Assembly: GCF_009914755.1 (NCBI RefSeq) | Contig: NC_060932.1 | DNA length: 64,000 nt | Direction: 5' to 3' (one strand) | From: the human T2T-CHM13v2.0 reference genome, Homo sapiens | In this document: positions 1-13,639 of the stretch, one piece after another | Numbering within the stretch: the first letter of the stretch is position 1 | Layout: every line of letters begins with the position of its first letter | Notes under the pieces: model-generated | Databases searched by the model: none | The model's input: only the letters and a program-made list of their open reading frames with translations | What the model was told of the DNA's origin: nothing | Position numbers and translations under genes: made by a program

Positions 1-247
1 TTCATCGTGGTTTTGATTTGAGTTGTTCTAATAACTAATAATGTTGAGCACCTTTTAACATACATATTGGCTACTTGTATATCTTTAGAGAAAAATCTAT
101 TCAGATTGCTTTTTTAATTAACCAACTAACTTTATTCTCACTATACCAGAGATGGTAAATTCCAAGATAAATTCAATAGCAGATTCTGTGCCTTGCTAAG
201 TCTGGCTTGCATTTTTAATTGAGTTGTTTGTATTACTGAGTTGTAGA
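1..247 (-). mobile_element. Old L1M ORF2/3' fragment, interrupted at ~110-209
   Basis: Antisense L1 motifs 'gtggttttgatttg...atgttgagcacctttt...ctattcaga' and 'catttttaattgagttgtttg'. Confidence 0.7.
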
Positions 248-411
248 AACCATAATAAGATTTCACAGTTTAAAAGTGACTACATGTACAGGAAATAGAA
301 GAAATAGTGAATACAAAAAAAATGAAAACTACTCTCTTCAAAGTTAGAAGCAAAATTAAAATGAAAGAAAGCAAAGAAATGTAACCTTGGAATTGTAGCT
401 CCATGTGATAA

Positions 412-698
412 TGTTGACCTTTACCTGAGCCCTGTGCTCTTGAAAAACAGCAAAGGTTAAGAAATTACACAGAATTGTGTGTTCCAGGAAATGGTTAATC
501 ACAAAAGACCATATTGCCCATGTATATTTCCAGGTAAGACTTTTCTTCATCCTTCCTCACAACTAACTCTTTTGCCTACCTGCCTTTGTAAGAGTTGAGG
601 CCCCCTTTCCTTTCTTTGAGATTGTCTGCAGTTCCTTTCTTTGAGCTTGTCTTGCAAAAGCCTAATTTTGTCAAGCTTGAGTAGTTATTGATTTAACA
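412..698 (+). mobile_element. ERV1-type solo LTR, family uncertain, internally deleted
   Basis: TG...CA termini (tgttgacc...atttaaca), near-TSD ataa/atga, LTR-like start 'acctgagccctgtgctc...gaaaaacagc'. Confidence 0.5.
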
Positions 699-2577
699 AT
701 GAACAACAACCTACAACTAATAAAGATAATAACATTGGGTGAAAAATTGTTTAGAGCAGATGGAAATAAATTTGTGGATTCTGTTCAACTTGGGCAGGGG
801 AGGTACAAACTACTAAGTCTAGATAGTAATAGAAAAATTTGAATTATAATATGAATGTGAAAATTAAAAGAGTCACTGGAAAAATATAAGCATAATGTAT
901 AACTTTCAGATTAGTAAGATTAAAATGATTAAAGCATACATTAGACCAATTAAAAGACAAAAAAAGTGAAGATATTTAGAAAAAGACCAGTAGATTAAAT
1001 ACATAAAATTCCAGAAATAAAGTTTTAATAAACCTAAACATATAACCAAAATAGCTGTTAAATTCTAAATATATCCCTAAAATATTTAGCTAAAACTTAA
1101 ACAAGATTGAAAGTAAAAGTATTGAAAATGTATATCAACCAAATGCTGTGGGGTTCTATCTGTCCCTCTAAATAAATGAAAATATTACTCTGTAAGAATA
1201 CACCAAAATCCCTAGGGATTATCTCTCTCTCAGTAGAGGTCAAATGAGCCTCTAAGTTCATCATTAATTTCATCATTAGTTTCATCTGCATCATTTTGAA
1301 GAAAATATGTTGATTTATTACTTGTATAATTAGACAGCAAATTAAATTAAAAAGAAACAAAAGCAAAGAAAAGAAAGAAATATAAATTGCAAAGTCATAG
1401 CAATTAATAAACTTTAGGATTTTTATGGAATTTTTCTTCCTGGAAGTCTCAGTATTTTTACACATCTTTTTTTTTACATGTATATTAAAGACAAATTTTG
1501 AAGTATAATTATTTATAGAAGAAAAAACTAGTCTTGAAATCTGAAAGCACTAAACAAAAAATGTCAAGTAGATTGCAAATTTCTCTTCTTTACAGTCTTA
1601 TTAGTAAAATTATTTAAACCCCAAAATAGAAAGGTGTTTTTTTAAAAACTAAATATAAAGAGTGAAACTCTGTTTTCATAAATATTTGCTTTTTAAGTAA
1701 CCAGAACATATGTATTTTTAATTAAGCCTGGAAAATGTAAAAATACTCTTTTAGAGTAACACGGGGATGTTTGCTGAGGCTACAGCAAATAACAATTTAG
1801 TATATTTTGAGAATTTAATATCTCAAAAAATTTAGGGCTTAATAAATTCAAATATTTTGAACAACTGTTTTGGAAAAATGTTAAACCAATTCCCCTTTCA
1901 TTTGTCCATTTTATTAAACATTTCACAATTAATGATACCTAATGTAGAACCTTCTTAGATAGAAACCTAACCATACCTTTTTTATTTTTGCAGGAAAATG
2001 AATTGTTTTGTCATTTTATCAACAAATTATTTAAAACCCTTGTAGAGGGCACACCATTAGATAATGTGCTAAATACAAAAAATTGGTAGATGCTTTTTAA
2101 TATTTAATTTGAATTATAGGAAAATACATGTGCATTTAACCTTGATTCCAATATAATTCAATTATGAACCAAAGAGACATTAAAACTGTAAGAATTTTTA
2201 AAAATATTATAACTTTAGACTAAATTTCTGAATAATATGAATTTGGATAGTGTTTTTAAAACACAAAGAATAAGGCACACAGATGGTAAAGAAAAAATGC
2301 TCATAAAACGTGCTTAATTATTAACATTTTATACATTATAAGTTGAGTTTCAGGAATTTTTTTAAAAAGCACCATTGATAACATCACTGACATTATAAAA
2401 CACGGAATAAACTTGTGGGAGGATGGATTAATTTGTTTAGATGCTAAAATTTTGAGCAAAGTGTCTTTAGAGAAGTGGATTAATGAAGAGAGGCTTCTCA
2501 TAGTTCAGGCTATGGAACAGCAGATGGAATATAGTCAGGAGGGTCTTGTAGATCAAGGCCAAGGTGGAGAAGAGAGG

Positions 2578-3010
2578 TATGATGGTAAATTGTATGTGTC
2601 AACTCAACTGAACCATTAGTTGCCCCGATATTTGCTCAAGTATTATTCTGGGTGTGTCTGTGAGGATGTTTTGGACGAGTTTAACATTTAAATCAATTTG
2701 ACTAAGTAAAGCAGACTGCCCTTCAGTATGAAGCTGGGTCTTATCCGATTAGTTGAAGTCTGAATAGAATAAAATGTCTGTCATGCCACCAAAAGGAGGC
2801 ATTCTTCTAACTGGACTGCCTTGGGCCTAACACAGCAGTTTTATTCCTGCCTTTGGTTTCAGACAGGGACTCTACTGTTAACCCTCTTGAGCCTTCAGCA
2901 TATTGTGCTGATCTTAAGACTTGTTGATGATTATAATTATGTGAGCCAATTTCTTATTTTGTATATCCATTCTATAGGTTTTGTTTCTCAGGAGAATCCT
3001 GACTAATACA
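2578..3010 (+). mobile_element. MLT2 5' LTR of ERV-L provirus
   Basis: Starts 't(a)tgatggtaaattgtatgtgtcaact', ends 'ggagaatcctgactaataca', followed directly by the ERV-L internal start 'gattttggtac'. Confidence 0.9.
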
Positions 3011-3186
3011 GATTTTGGTACTGAGTGGTTTTAGAGGAACAAAATTTTCAGGATGGGTTTTCTAAATCAGTTTTGGTGTTTCTAAAATTGGCTCTCTAAT
3101 CTGATTAGATTTAAAGATGCTAATGACTTTATTTCCAAGAGTAAACAAAGTACTGATATCCGTGGAGTGATCTGTTAAGAGATATC

Positions 3187-3485
<299 letters not shown>

Positions 3486-3600
3486 GAGAGATTATATATA
3501 TATATCTCACTATTATATACTCTTAACCACTTATAAGAAGCAAGAATCTGTGTGACTGTGCCATTTTTGTGACACTTTTGAAAATTTTTATTGACCTAAA

Positions 3601-3984
3601 TGTCTTAGTCCATTTTGCGCTGCTTTAACACAATACTACACACTGAGTAATTTATAGAGAACAGATATATATATATTTTTTCATAGTTTTGGAGGTTTGG
3701 AAGTCCAAGATCAAGGTGCCAGCATTTGCTGTGGTAAGGGCCTTCTTGCTGTGTACACATATGGCAAAAGGCAGACAGAAGGCAAGCTAACAGTCTACCC
3801 AAACACTACATGAAGCCCCTTAAGAAAACTTGTTAATCCTATTAACGAGACAGCAGCCTTCCTGGCCTACCATCTCTTAAATATCCCACCTCTGAATACT
3901 CTCACTTTGACAACTCCTGAATTTTGGAGGAGATTAAGTTTCAACATGAACTTTAAAAAGGAAAAAAATATTTAAACTGTAGTA
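3601..3984 (-). mobile_element. MaLR solo LTR (MLT1A/MST type) inside ERV-L
   Basis: 'tgtcttagtccattttg...ccaagatcaaggtgccagca...agtttcaacatgaac'. Confidence 0.8.
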
Positions 3985-5057
3985 ATGATTAGTAAATGAG
4001 ATTGGCCGGTTGCTCCCAATATTGTTGGACAAAATACAAAAAGAAAGGAATAAGCTCATAGATTCAAATTCCTAGCTCAAGCATGGTAAATGATCCGAAA
4101 GCTTCAATATTGCCCTGAAAAAGTCTTACCTCTTATAGATGCTAGGCTGACATGACTGAAAATCAGTTCTAGAATTTCATCCTGCAAGTGGCTGAGTTAT
4201 AATGTATGTTATACTTCTAGCCTCACAGTATATCTACTATTAAAGTGAGAGCATTGATTGGGAAATAATAGAATCCTGTAAGTTGGAATGGGGATGTATG
4301 GTAGAGTCCTGATGAAGGTAGGGACATTGAACCCTAAATTTCTGATGAAAATTCTTTGCCAATGAAAGTAGTGTCCTAACCCCAATTAAAGTAAGTCTCT
4401 CCATCCCCAATGGAAAAAGACTCTTCACACCTATCTGAGGGGATTAAATCTGCATTGCTTGTGGAAACTATAATGATCTCACCTGCGGCAGTTGCCCTAA
4501 GAAGCAATGCTGATTCCCCTTAGGACCCACCCAACCACCCTCTTTGCTTCTTGCCCTATAACTAGGCTCAAGTTCCAGTAGACCCTTAAAATGAGGCACA
4601 CAGTAGGACCCATGTAAAGATGCACTACATTTAAAAAGAAAACTTGAGTTTTCTAAATTCAGATAGCATGTGTGGGGATGGATATTATGGGTGTAGAAAA
4701 ATTCTTGAAGGAATAAAAAGTTGGATCAGTGCAAATTTATTGATATGAGATAACTAAGCCAATATTCTGTATTTAATGTTACAGTTTGAGGTATTAGAAG
4801 AGGCGTTTACAGGTTGGTTGGCTGAAATATGAACCAAAAGGTGACCCACAGTGAGCAAGTTGGAAATGTTTCCTTGCCTTAACATAGAGGAAGGGACACA
4901 AAGTAATACCAATCCAAATCCCAAATGACGTAATCCTGAATGTTGAAATCAGGAAAGCTCAAAATCCCCAAAGTCTAAAATCCCTAATGCCTAAAACCCT
5001 AAAAGACTAAACTTGCAAATATGAAATCATGAAAGCCAAATTCTAGGGAAGAAATTA

Positions 5058-5743
5058 TTGTGTTTGGGGTTGTATGTAGGATAGCTGCATCATGTCAGAG
5101 AGAACTATCACCTTGTTGTCTTTAGAAATTAAGCTTAATTTAAAGACGTGTATATGGGTGTGAACTTGAAAAGGAGTAGACTCATGCCTTAGTTTTCGGT
5201 GTCAACCTGACTAGAGTAAGGGAATACCTAAAAACCTGGTTAAGCATTATATTGAGTGTGTCTGTGAAAGTGTTTCTAGAGGAGATTAATTTGTGTGTAT
5301 GAGTGGACAAAGTGCGGATGATCTGCCCTCAATATTGTTGGTGGACATCATTCAATCAGCCAAAAGCCAAAGGGAACAAATAGAGAAGGTGAGTTGGCTG
5401 TATTCTGAGAGCTGGGACAGATTTTTCTTCTTCTGCCCTGGACATCAGAACTGTAGGCTCACCATTCTTTGGACTCTAACGCTTACATCAGTGACTCTTT
5501 GGACCCTGGGGCTTTTGACCTTGGACTGAGAGTTATATTTTCAGCTTCACTGGTTCTGAGGCCTTTGTATTTGAACTGAGCCATCCTACAGGCATCCCAG
5601 GGTCTCCAGCTTGCAGACAGCCTGTCATAGGACTTCTCAGTCATCAGAATCATTTAAGCCAATTTTCCTAATAAATCCCCTCTCATATATCTATATAGTT
5701 AATCTTGTTGGTTCTGTCTCTCTTGAGAACTCTGACTAGTACA
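5058..5743 (+). mobile_element. ERV-L 3' internal end plus MLT2B-like LTR carried inside Ricksha
   Basis: 5058-5182 is similar to 17150-17281 ('atagctgcatca', 'tatgggtg'). LTR at ~5183-5743 ends 'gagaactctgactagtaca'. Confidence 0.85.
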
Positions 5744-6295
5744 GACTGGGTATTGGGGAAGCTGAATATCATTTCCTCTTACTGTATTCCTTACAACACA
5801 ATGGAAGAGATTTATGAAATTGTTTCCTTATAAAAGGCTGTGATAAATTAAGGGTATGAGGCTACTTAATGGTGAAAGATAAAGGTTTGGAAGCTAATTA
5901 TTAGTAGTACTACAAAAGCAGAAAATCACTGAATTGCAATGGTCACAATGACCAGACTCTCAAATGGACAGCATATACTTAAATTTGTAGATCACAACCA
6001 CTGTCTAAATACAAGTGCAATTAATGTTTTGAAGATGATAGAAGTGAAAATGTAGGCAAAAAATACAAGAAATTCACCCTGCCAAATTATAATCATGTAT
6101 AACTTCTGTCCCTTCACACAGAGTGCCAATTTGTTATGCTATGTACTTCCTCTTCATATCGTTTCTAATGCTGGAGGTATGAATTGTGTAATGACTTCTA
6201 GAGTTCTAACTTACTTTATTCACTTTTTGCAAATCTGATCCCATGAAAGTGCATTATCACTACATTGACTTTGCAAGCATTGTGTGTGTGCTTAT

Positions 6296-7511
6296 TGTAA
6301 ACTAAAACTAAAATCCTAAGTTCACCACTGACTGAAGAGACTCCTTCTTGGTCAAGAAGAAGGAAAACATTAACACTGTGTTCCTAGCCATGATGGGATT
6401 CAAGGTCAGACAAGCCTTTTTATACTCCCCTTCCTTCTTTGGTTTAGGCACAAAAACTGTCCAGCATTAATAAAACAGAGATCATAAGACAAACTAACAC
6501 AGGAATAGAAACCCAAACACTGCACGTTCTCACTCATAATTGGGAGTTGAACAATGAGAACACATGGACACAGGAAGGGGAACATCACACACTGGGGCCT
6601 GTCAGGGGGTGGGGGGCTAGGGGAGGGAGAGCATTAGGACAAATACCTAATGCATACGGGGCTTAAAACCTAGATTACAGGTTGATAGGTGCAGCAAACC
6701 ACCATGACACATGTATACCTATGTAACAAACCTTCATGTTCTGCACATGTATCCCAGAACTTAAAGTAAAATTAAAAAAAAAAAAAGACTTACAGAACAG
6801 ACTCTTTGTGGCAATAAGATACCAAACTATAAATAGAACCTAAGGCCATGTCAGGCAAGGATCAAGTCACACACTTCTACACTTAAAAAACCAACTATAT
6901 TCTCACTGACACAAGGTTTTTCTTTTTCTCCAGCAGCTAAACAAGTGCCGGCCTTGAGATAAGGAACGTTAAAACAATTGCAACTCATCCAGCTCACAGA
7001 CAGTAAATAACTGAGCTCCTGTTCCACTCACCATGACTACAGCTTTAACAGCACAAGAGACTGATTTCAGTAACTTCCTCCTGACAAGAAGACCACCAAC
7101 CATGAACTGGTTTTGGCAATTTATAGAGACTGGGCACTTGTGTGCCTTCACGTTCTGAAAAGACCTTTTGACATATAAGGCCTAATTGTAATAAATGTCA
7201 ATGTTAAGTGTCCACCCCAAAATGAACATGGGTTGTATGTTATATGCATGTTTTCTCAATATGCATGTGTCAGGACCACTGTCACGAATATTCACAGCTC
7301 CTACTGTAACCTGCTGAATATGTATGTTTAACCTACCTGTTTAGCATAAAGCTCCTGCTCCAATCTCTCCTTCTTCGAAGTTCCTATCTCTGGTCTCTGA
7401 CCAAATTCATGCTTCCTGGCCTGCAAGACGGTAACCTTGCAGGCTGTACCCCTTTATGAGAAATACAGTCTCCTCTAAATTTACAAATGTGTGACTTTTT
7501 AAAAATTAACA
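6296..7511 (+). mobile_element. MER4-group ERV1 solo LTR inside Ricksha
   Basis: Starts 'tgtaaactaaaactaaaatcctaag', has 'gccatgatggga', ends 'ttaaca'. Confidence 0.8.
6491..6786 (+). mobile_element. 5'-truncated L1PA (L1PA7/8-like) 3' end inside MER4
   Basis: L1 3'UTR 'aacaatgagaacacatggacacagg...cagaacttaaagtaa', poly-A, flanking aagac/aagac. Confidence 0.9.
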
Positions 7512-9041
7512 ACATAAATGTTGAAACTTCATCAACAAATGAAGAGATGTCTGCTTTGTACATCTGCATTTGTGAAAAATAAAATTTCTCAAGATCTCAG
7601 CTTGTTGGGCAACTTCATATGTGGTAGTGACCTACGTAGGCTTTGGTCAGTCTCATCAAAAGTCTTAAGTTGTCTGTCACAGTAGATCTAGGTACACAAA
7701 ATTAACAAACATTTTGATCTACTTCTTTATGAATATGGCTCACCCACTCATAACTGTTATGCTTGCATGACTGTCATTGGTATATCTGAGTGTTTATGCT
7801 TGCAAAAATACACAAGTTGTAATTGCCTATTTCATTGTATAAAGTGGCCAATGAAGTTGTGTTTTTTATATTCATCAAGTGAACTCTCTTACTTTACTAC
7901 TCCCTTTACTAGCTTTAAAAATGTAAATAAATGTATTTTAAAGCATTTTTAAATTACTATTTGTGGAATTATTTTAGGGGGATTTTATTCTTCCAAGATT
8001 ATGATTTTGGGGATTTTAGATTTTAAGGATATTTATCCTTTGAATTTTTAACATTTGAGGTGATGGTGTTCCAGACTGTGTCTTTTAAGATAATGGTGCA
8101 AACTCATCCAGAGCTTTAGGGAGATGGGAATATTAAAGTGGATTTGTCATGTTTTCACTCTGTCAGGGCCCATAGGACATACTTTTTAGCACAACTATGA
8201 GAACTAAATGTGTGAGAACAGCCCCAGAATTCTTGAAGAGTTCTGTAGTCACGCTTCTCCATAGTCCATACCTTTAGTGGGGACTTCAGTTACTAACTGG
8301 GAAAACCTAAATGCAGTGGGAATATTTTGACATCAGGGCTTCAGGGGCTAAGTGGATGCATTCAACCTCTAAAAGTAATACGGATGTGATTATTGTAATG
8401 AACAGCAAGTCAAAGGGGCAATCAGAATAGTCTGATTCACACAGACCTTATGGCATTGGCTAGTTGGTCATGGTGTTCCTAAAGTGAAATAGACAGGAAA
8501 ATTGCTAAATTGTTGGTTGATCTGTATAAAGAGAAATGTACATGTCAAGTCAGCAAAAAGTGTTACTTAAATCATAAAAACAGAGAACTACAGACTTTTA
8601 ATTAATTTTCAGACTTGAGACACTTTACAGACCCAGAACAGCTTGAGGAAGGACCCCAGTACACCATAAAAAATTTATAATGTTAATCTTTCTCACAACC
8701 TTCTATAAATGGACCTACAGCCTTTTACCAGAGTAATAGTGCATTGGGGAAAAGAAAATAACTAGAAATCAAGGACTAGTGGACATTGGTTCTCAAATCT
8801 TATTAATTCCAGGAGAACCAAAATATATCTGTGGTCCACACATCAAATTAGGGGCTTATGGTGGTCAGGTGATCAATGAAGGTTTAGCTTAGGTCCATCT
8901 CACAGTTGGCTATCAGTCTCCAAACCTGTCCTGTGGTTATCCCCTCAGTTTGGGAATGCATAATTGGAATACACATATTTAACATCTGGCAAAACCCCCA
9001 CATTGGTTCCCTAACTCATGGAGTGATATTTATTATGGTAG

Positions 9042-9438
9042 TGTAGTAATACATTTTGCACTTCTATAAAGAAGTATCTGAGGCTGTGTAATTTATAAAG
9101 AAAAGAGGTTTTTGTTGGCAGACTGTAGAAAAGGCACGGCACCAGCATCTATTTCTGGTGAAGTCTCAATAATTTTAAAATTATGGTGGAGGATGAAGGA
9201 GGAACAGGTGTGTCACATGGTGAGAGAGGGAGTAAGAGAGTTGCTATGTTCTTTTAAACAACCAACTCTCATGTGAACTAATAAAGTGAGAACCCACTCA
9301 TTATCTTGGGGACAGGACCAAGACATTCATGAGGGATCCATCCTCTGACCCAAAAACCCCCCACTCAGCCCTGTCTCCAACATTGGGGATCATATTTCAA
9401 CATAAGATTTGGAGGGGACAAACATCGAAAGTATATCA
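9042..9438 (-). mobile_element. MST (MSTA/B-like) solo LTR inside ERV-L
   Basis: 'gtaatttataaagaaaagaggt...catatttcaacataagatttggaggggacaaacatc...tatca'. Confidence 0.85.
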
Positions 9439-9868
9439 ATAGCATTGAAAGTACCTCAATGGCAAAGGCCAGGAGGGAGCCACCATACTTTCCTCTATCT
9501 GGAAGCACAGTAAAACAAAAGGAATACCATGTTACTAGAGGGAGTCTAGATATTAGTGCCACCATCAAGACTTAAAAGATGCAAGGTTTGTGATTCCCAC
9601 CACATTTCCATTCAACTCGCCTATTTGGCCTGTGCAGAAAACAGATGAATCTTGAAGAGTGACAGTGGATTACTATAAGCTTGATAAAGCAGTAGGTCCA
9701 ACTGAAACTTCTACCAGACATAGTTTCATTGCTTGGGCAAATTAACACACCCCCTGTTACTTTTTATGCACCTATTGATCTGCCAAATGCTTTTTTGTAC
9801 ATCTCTGTCAATAAGGACCAACAGAAGCAATTTGTTTTCAGCTGGCAAGACTAGCAACACACCTCCAC

Positions 9869-10926
9869 TGTCAGGGGAAATTCACAGCTGATATTTCACG
9901 TAGGTTCTTTGCTATTTTCCCTAAGTGTTGGCCGGTCTGAGAAATAAACTGAAAGAGTACAAAAGAGAGAAATTTTAAAGCTGGGTGTCCAGGAGAGACA
10001 TCACATGTCGGCAGGTTCCTTGATGCCCCACAAGCCACAAAACCAGCAAGTTGTTATTTGTGATTTTCAAAAGGGGAGGGAGTGTAAGAATAGGGTGTGG
10101 GTCACAGAGATCACATGCTTCACAAGGTAATAAAATATCACAAGGTAAATGGAGGCAGGGCAAGATCAGAGGACCGGGGCAAAATTAAAATTGCTAATGA
10201 AGTTTCAGGCACGCATTGTCATTGATAACATCTTAGGAGACAGGGTTTGAGAGCAGACAACTGGTCTAACCAAAATTTATTAGGCAGGAATTTCCTCATC
10301 CTAATAAGCCTGGGAGCGCTTCAGGAGACCAGGGCTTATTTCATCCCTTATCTACAACCTTAAAAGACAGACATCCCCAAAGCGGCCATTTCAGAGGCCT
10401 CCCGTTAGGGATGCATTCTCTTTCTCAGGGATGTTCCTTGCTGAGAAAAAGAATTCAGCGATATTTCTCCTGTTTGCTTTTGAAAGAAGAGAAATACAGC
10501 TCTGTTCCGCCTGACCCACAGGCAGCCAGATTTTAAGGTTATCTCGCTTGTTCCCTGAACATTGCTGTTATCCTGTTCTTTTTTCAAGGTGCCCAGATTT
10601 CATATTGTTTAAACAATTTGTGCAGTTAATGCAATCATCACAGGGTCCTGAGGCAACATTCATCCTCAGTTTATGAAGATGATGGAATTAAGAGATTAAA
10701 GGAAAGACAGGCATAGGAAATCACAAGAGTATTGATTGGGGAAGTGATAAGTGTCCATGAAATCTTCACAATTTATGTTCAGAGATTGCAGTAAAGACAG
10801 GCATAAGAAATTATAAAAGTATTAATTTGGGGAATTAATAAATGTCCATGAAATCTTCACAGTTTATGTTCTTCTGCCATGGCTTCAGCTGGTCCCTCCG
10901 TTTGGGGTCCCTGACTTCCCACAACA
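9869..10926 (-). mobile_element. MER11 solo LTR (HERV-K HML-8) inside ERV-L RT
   Basis: Reverse complement starts 'tgttgtgggaagtcagggaccccaaacggagggacc'; ~1.06 kb. Confidence 0.9.
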
Positions 10927-13639
10927 GGGTATATTAACTCTTCAATCTTATGTCATAATTTGGCTCATAGGCATCTTGATTGCCTTTTCCTTCTGCAAAA
11001 TATCATACTAATCCATTATATTAATAGCATGCTGACTGGACATAGCAAACTAGATATATGAATAGCAACTACTCTCTATAATTATTGGTAAATCATTTGC
11101 AGGTCAATAGGTAGGTGAGAAATAAGTCCAACTAAAATTCAGGGACCATACATCTCAATAAAACTTCTAGGGGTCCAGGGGTGAGAGTATGTCAAGGTAT
11201 TCTTTCTAAGGTGAAAAATAAGCTGTTTCATCTGGTCTCTTCTACAACTTAAAAGAGGGACAGTGTCTAGAAGGCCTATTTGGATTTAGGAGGCAACATA
11301 TTCCTCCTTTCAGTGCATTTCTCTGTTCCATTTACTGAATGACCCCAAAAAGCTGCCAGTATTGAGTGAGACCCAAAACAAGAGAAGGCTCTCCAACCTG
11401 TCTTGCCTCCTGTGTAAGCTGCTCTTCCAATTAAGCCATAAAATACAGCATATTATGTTGTGCTTAAAGTGTAGTGGCAGCTAGGGATACTGATTACAGC
11501 CCTTGGCAGGCCCCTGTAGGTGAATCACAGAACAAGTCCTTAGAATTTTGGAGCAAGGCCCTGCCGTCCTCCATGCAGGCTCTTGGACTGCTGTTGAATC
11601 TTAGAAGAGACTGAATGTTTAACCATGAGCTTCCAGGTTACCATGTGACCTGACATTTCTATCATTAACTGGGTATTACCTGACCCACCAAATCATAAAG
11701 TTTGGTATGCATCGCAATACTTCATTATCAAATTCTGAGCAGACCCTTAAGCACAAGTAGGTTACATGAAAAAGAAGCCCAAATGACCATTGTCCCCACT
11801 CCTGTACACTACATTTTTTTTCTCTCATTCTGTATCTATGGGTTCATGGGAAGTTCCCTACAGTGAGCTGACAGAGGGAGAGAAGACCTGAACCTAGATT
11901 ACAGATAATTCTTCAAGATATGCAGGCACCACTTAAAAGTTGACAACTGATCCCCTATAGCCTTTCTCTGGGACATCTCTGAAGAACTGTGGTAAAGGAA
12001 AAGTCTTTTGGTGAAAATCACAGTGGGAAGATTTATAAGCAATGTACATGGGTGTGAATTTGCTTGGAAGGAGAAATGGTCAGATGTGCAATTATATACC
12101 AATTTATGGTTTGTAGCAAATGGTTTGGCTGAATTATCAAGGACTTGGAAGGAACATGGTTGGAAATTGGTGGCAAAGAAATTTGGGGAAGAGGCATATA
12201 CATGAACACTCCTGAATGGGCAAAAAAATGTAAAGCTATCATATGTGAATGCATAACAAAGGGTAACCTCAGCAGAGGAGGGTTTTAATACTAAAATGGA
12301 TGGGATGATCCACTCTGTGGATGCAAGTCAAGCTCCTTCCCCATCCATTGCTGTATTGCTCATGAAAAGAGTGGTCATGATGTCAGAGGTTGAGATTATG
12401 CATGGGCTCAACAATATGAATGTGCATTCACTAAGACTGACCTGGAGATGACCACTGCTGAGTGTCCAATCTGCCAGCAGCAGTGAACAAGTGGCACCAT
12501 TCCTGGGGGTCATGATATGGCTATCCTGTGGTAGCTTTATTCTATTAGAGCCTTTCCATCATGAAAGGGGCAGTATTTAGTTTTTATTGTCATAGAAACT
12601 TACTTTGAATATAGGTTTGTCCTTACTGCATGCAATGCTTCTGCCAAAACTTCTAACAGTGAATTTACAGAATGTCTCTCTCATATCATGGTGTTCCACA
12701 GAGCATTGATTCTGATCAAGGAACTCACTTCACAGCAAATGAAGTGTGGTAAAAGGTCCATGCTTAAGGAATTAATGGTTTTACTGTGTTCCTCATTATC
12801 CTAAAGTGGCTGGCTTCATAAAACTATGGGATGGATTTTTGAAGACTCAGTTACAGCCACAGGTGCATGGCAATACTTTGCAAGGTTGGGGAAAGGCTCT
12901 AAATAAGTCTGTGTATGCTCTGAATAGGTGTCTAATATATAATATTGTTTCTCCTATAGTTAGGATTCACAGATCCAGGAATCAAGAGATGGGGATGGGG
13001 TGTCACTACTCACTATTACTTCTAATTACCCACTAACAAAAGTTTTGCTTTCTCTTCCAATCATCTTACACTCTGCTGGCCTAGAAGTCTTAGTTCCAGA
13101 GTGAGGAATCTCTTCACCAGGATACTCAATGATTCTATTGAACTGGAAATTAAGATGGGACCCACTCACTTTGGACTTTTCAAATCTTTGATTCAATAGG
13201 AAAAAAAAACTTTATTGTGCTGGGTGGAATGATTGATCATGACTGACAGGAGGAAATTGGACTACTACTTTACAGTACAGGTAAGAAAAATACAGGAGAT
13301 CCCTGTGTGTGTCTCTTAGTATTATCATGCACTGTAATTAAGGTAAATGGTAAACTACAATAACTCAATCAAAGGCAGGGCTGCAGAGGGGTCATATCCT
13401 TTAAGAATGAAGGTTGGGTCACCCTACCAGATAAACAACCATAACTAGCTGAGGTTCTTGCTAAAGGCAAAAGAAATACAGGACAGCTAGTAGAGAAGGT
13501 AATTATAAATACCAGCTATGGTCAAATGACTAGTTACAGAAATGAAGGTAATTGGCAGAAACATTTTTGCCTTTTCTTTTTACTTTGTCATATATAATAT
13601 ATTATATTATATTAGTAAAATATAATATATAAAAATATA

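Larger units (their letters stand above)
4904..8105 (+). mobile_element. Ricksha-like MULE/MuDR DNA transposon inserted in ERV-L gag
   Basis: Subterminal 'aatcc/aaaatccc' repeats at 4905-5040 mirrored by 'gggatttt' repeats at 7975-8105. Internal ERV-L 3' end plus MLT2. FLYWCH-like remnant at 5860-6001. Host ERV-L resumes colinearly. Confidence 0.85.

Noticed and set aside
10700-10870. ~90-bp direct repeat
   Set aside because: As recalled, an internal feature of MER11 consensus sequences rather than locus-specific.
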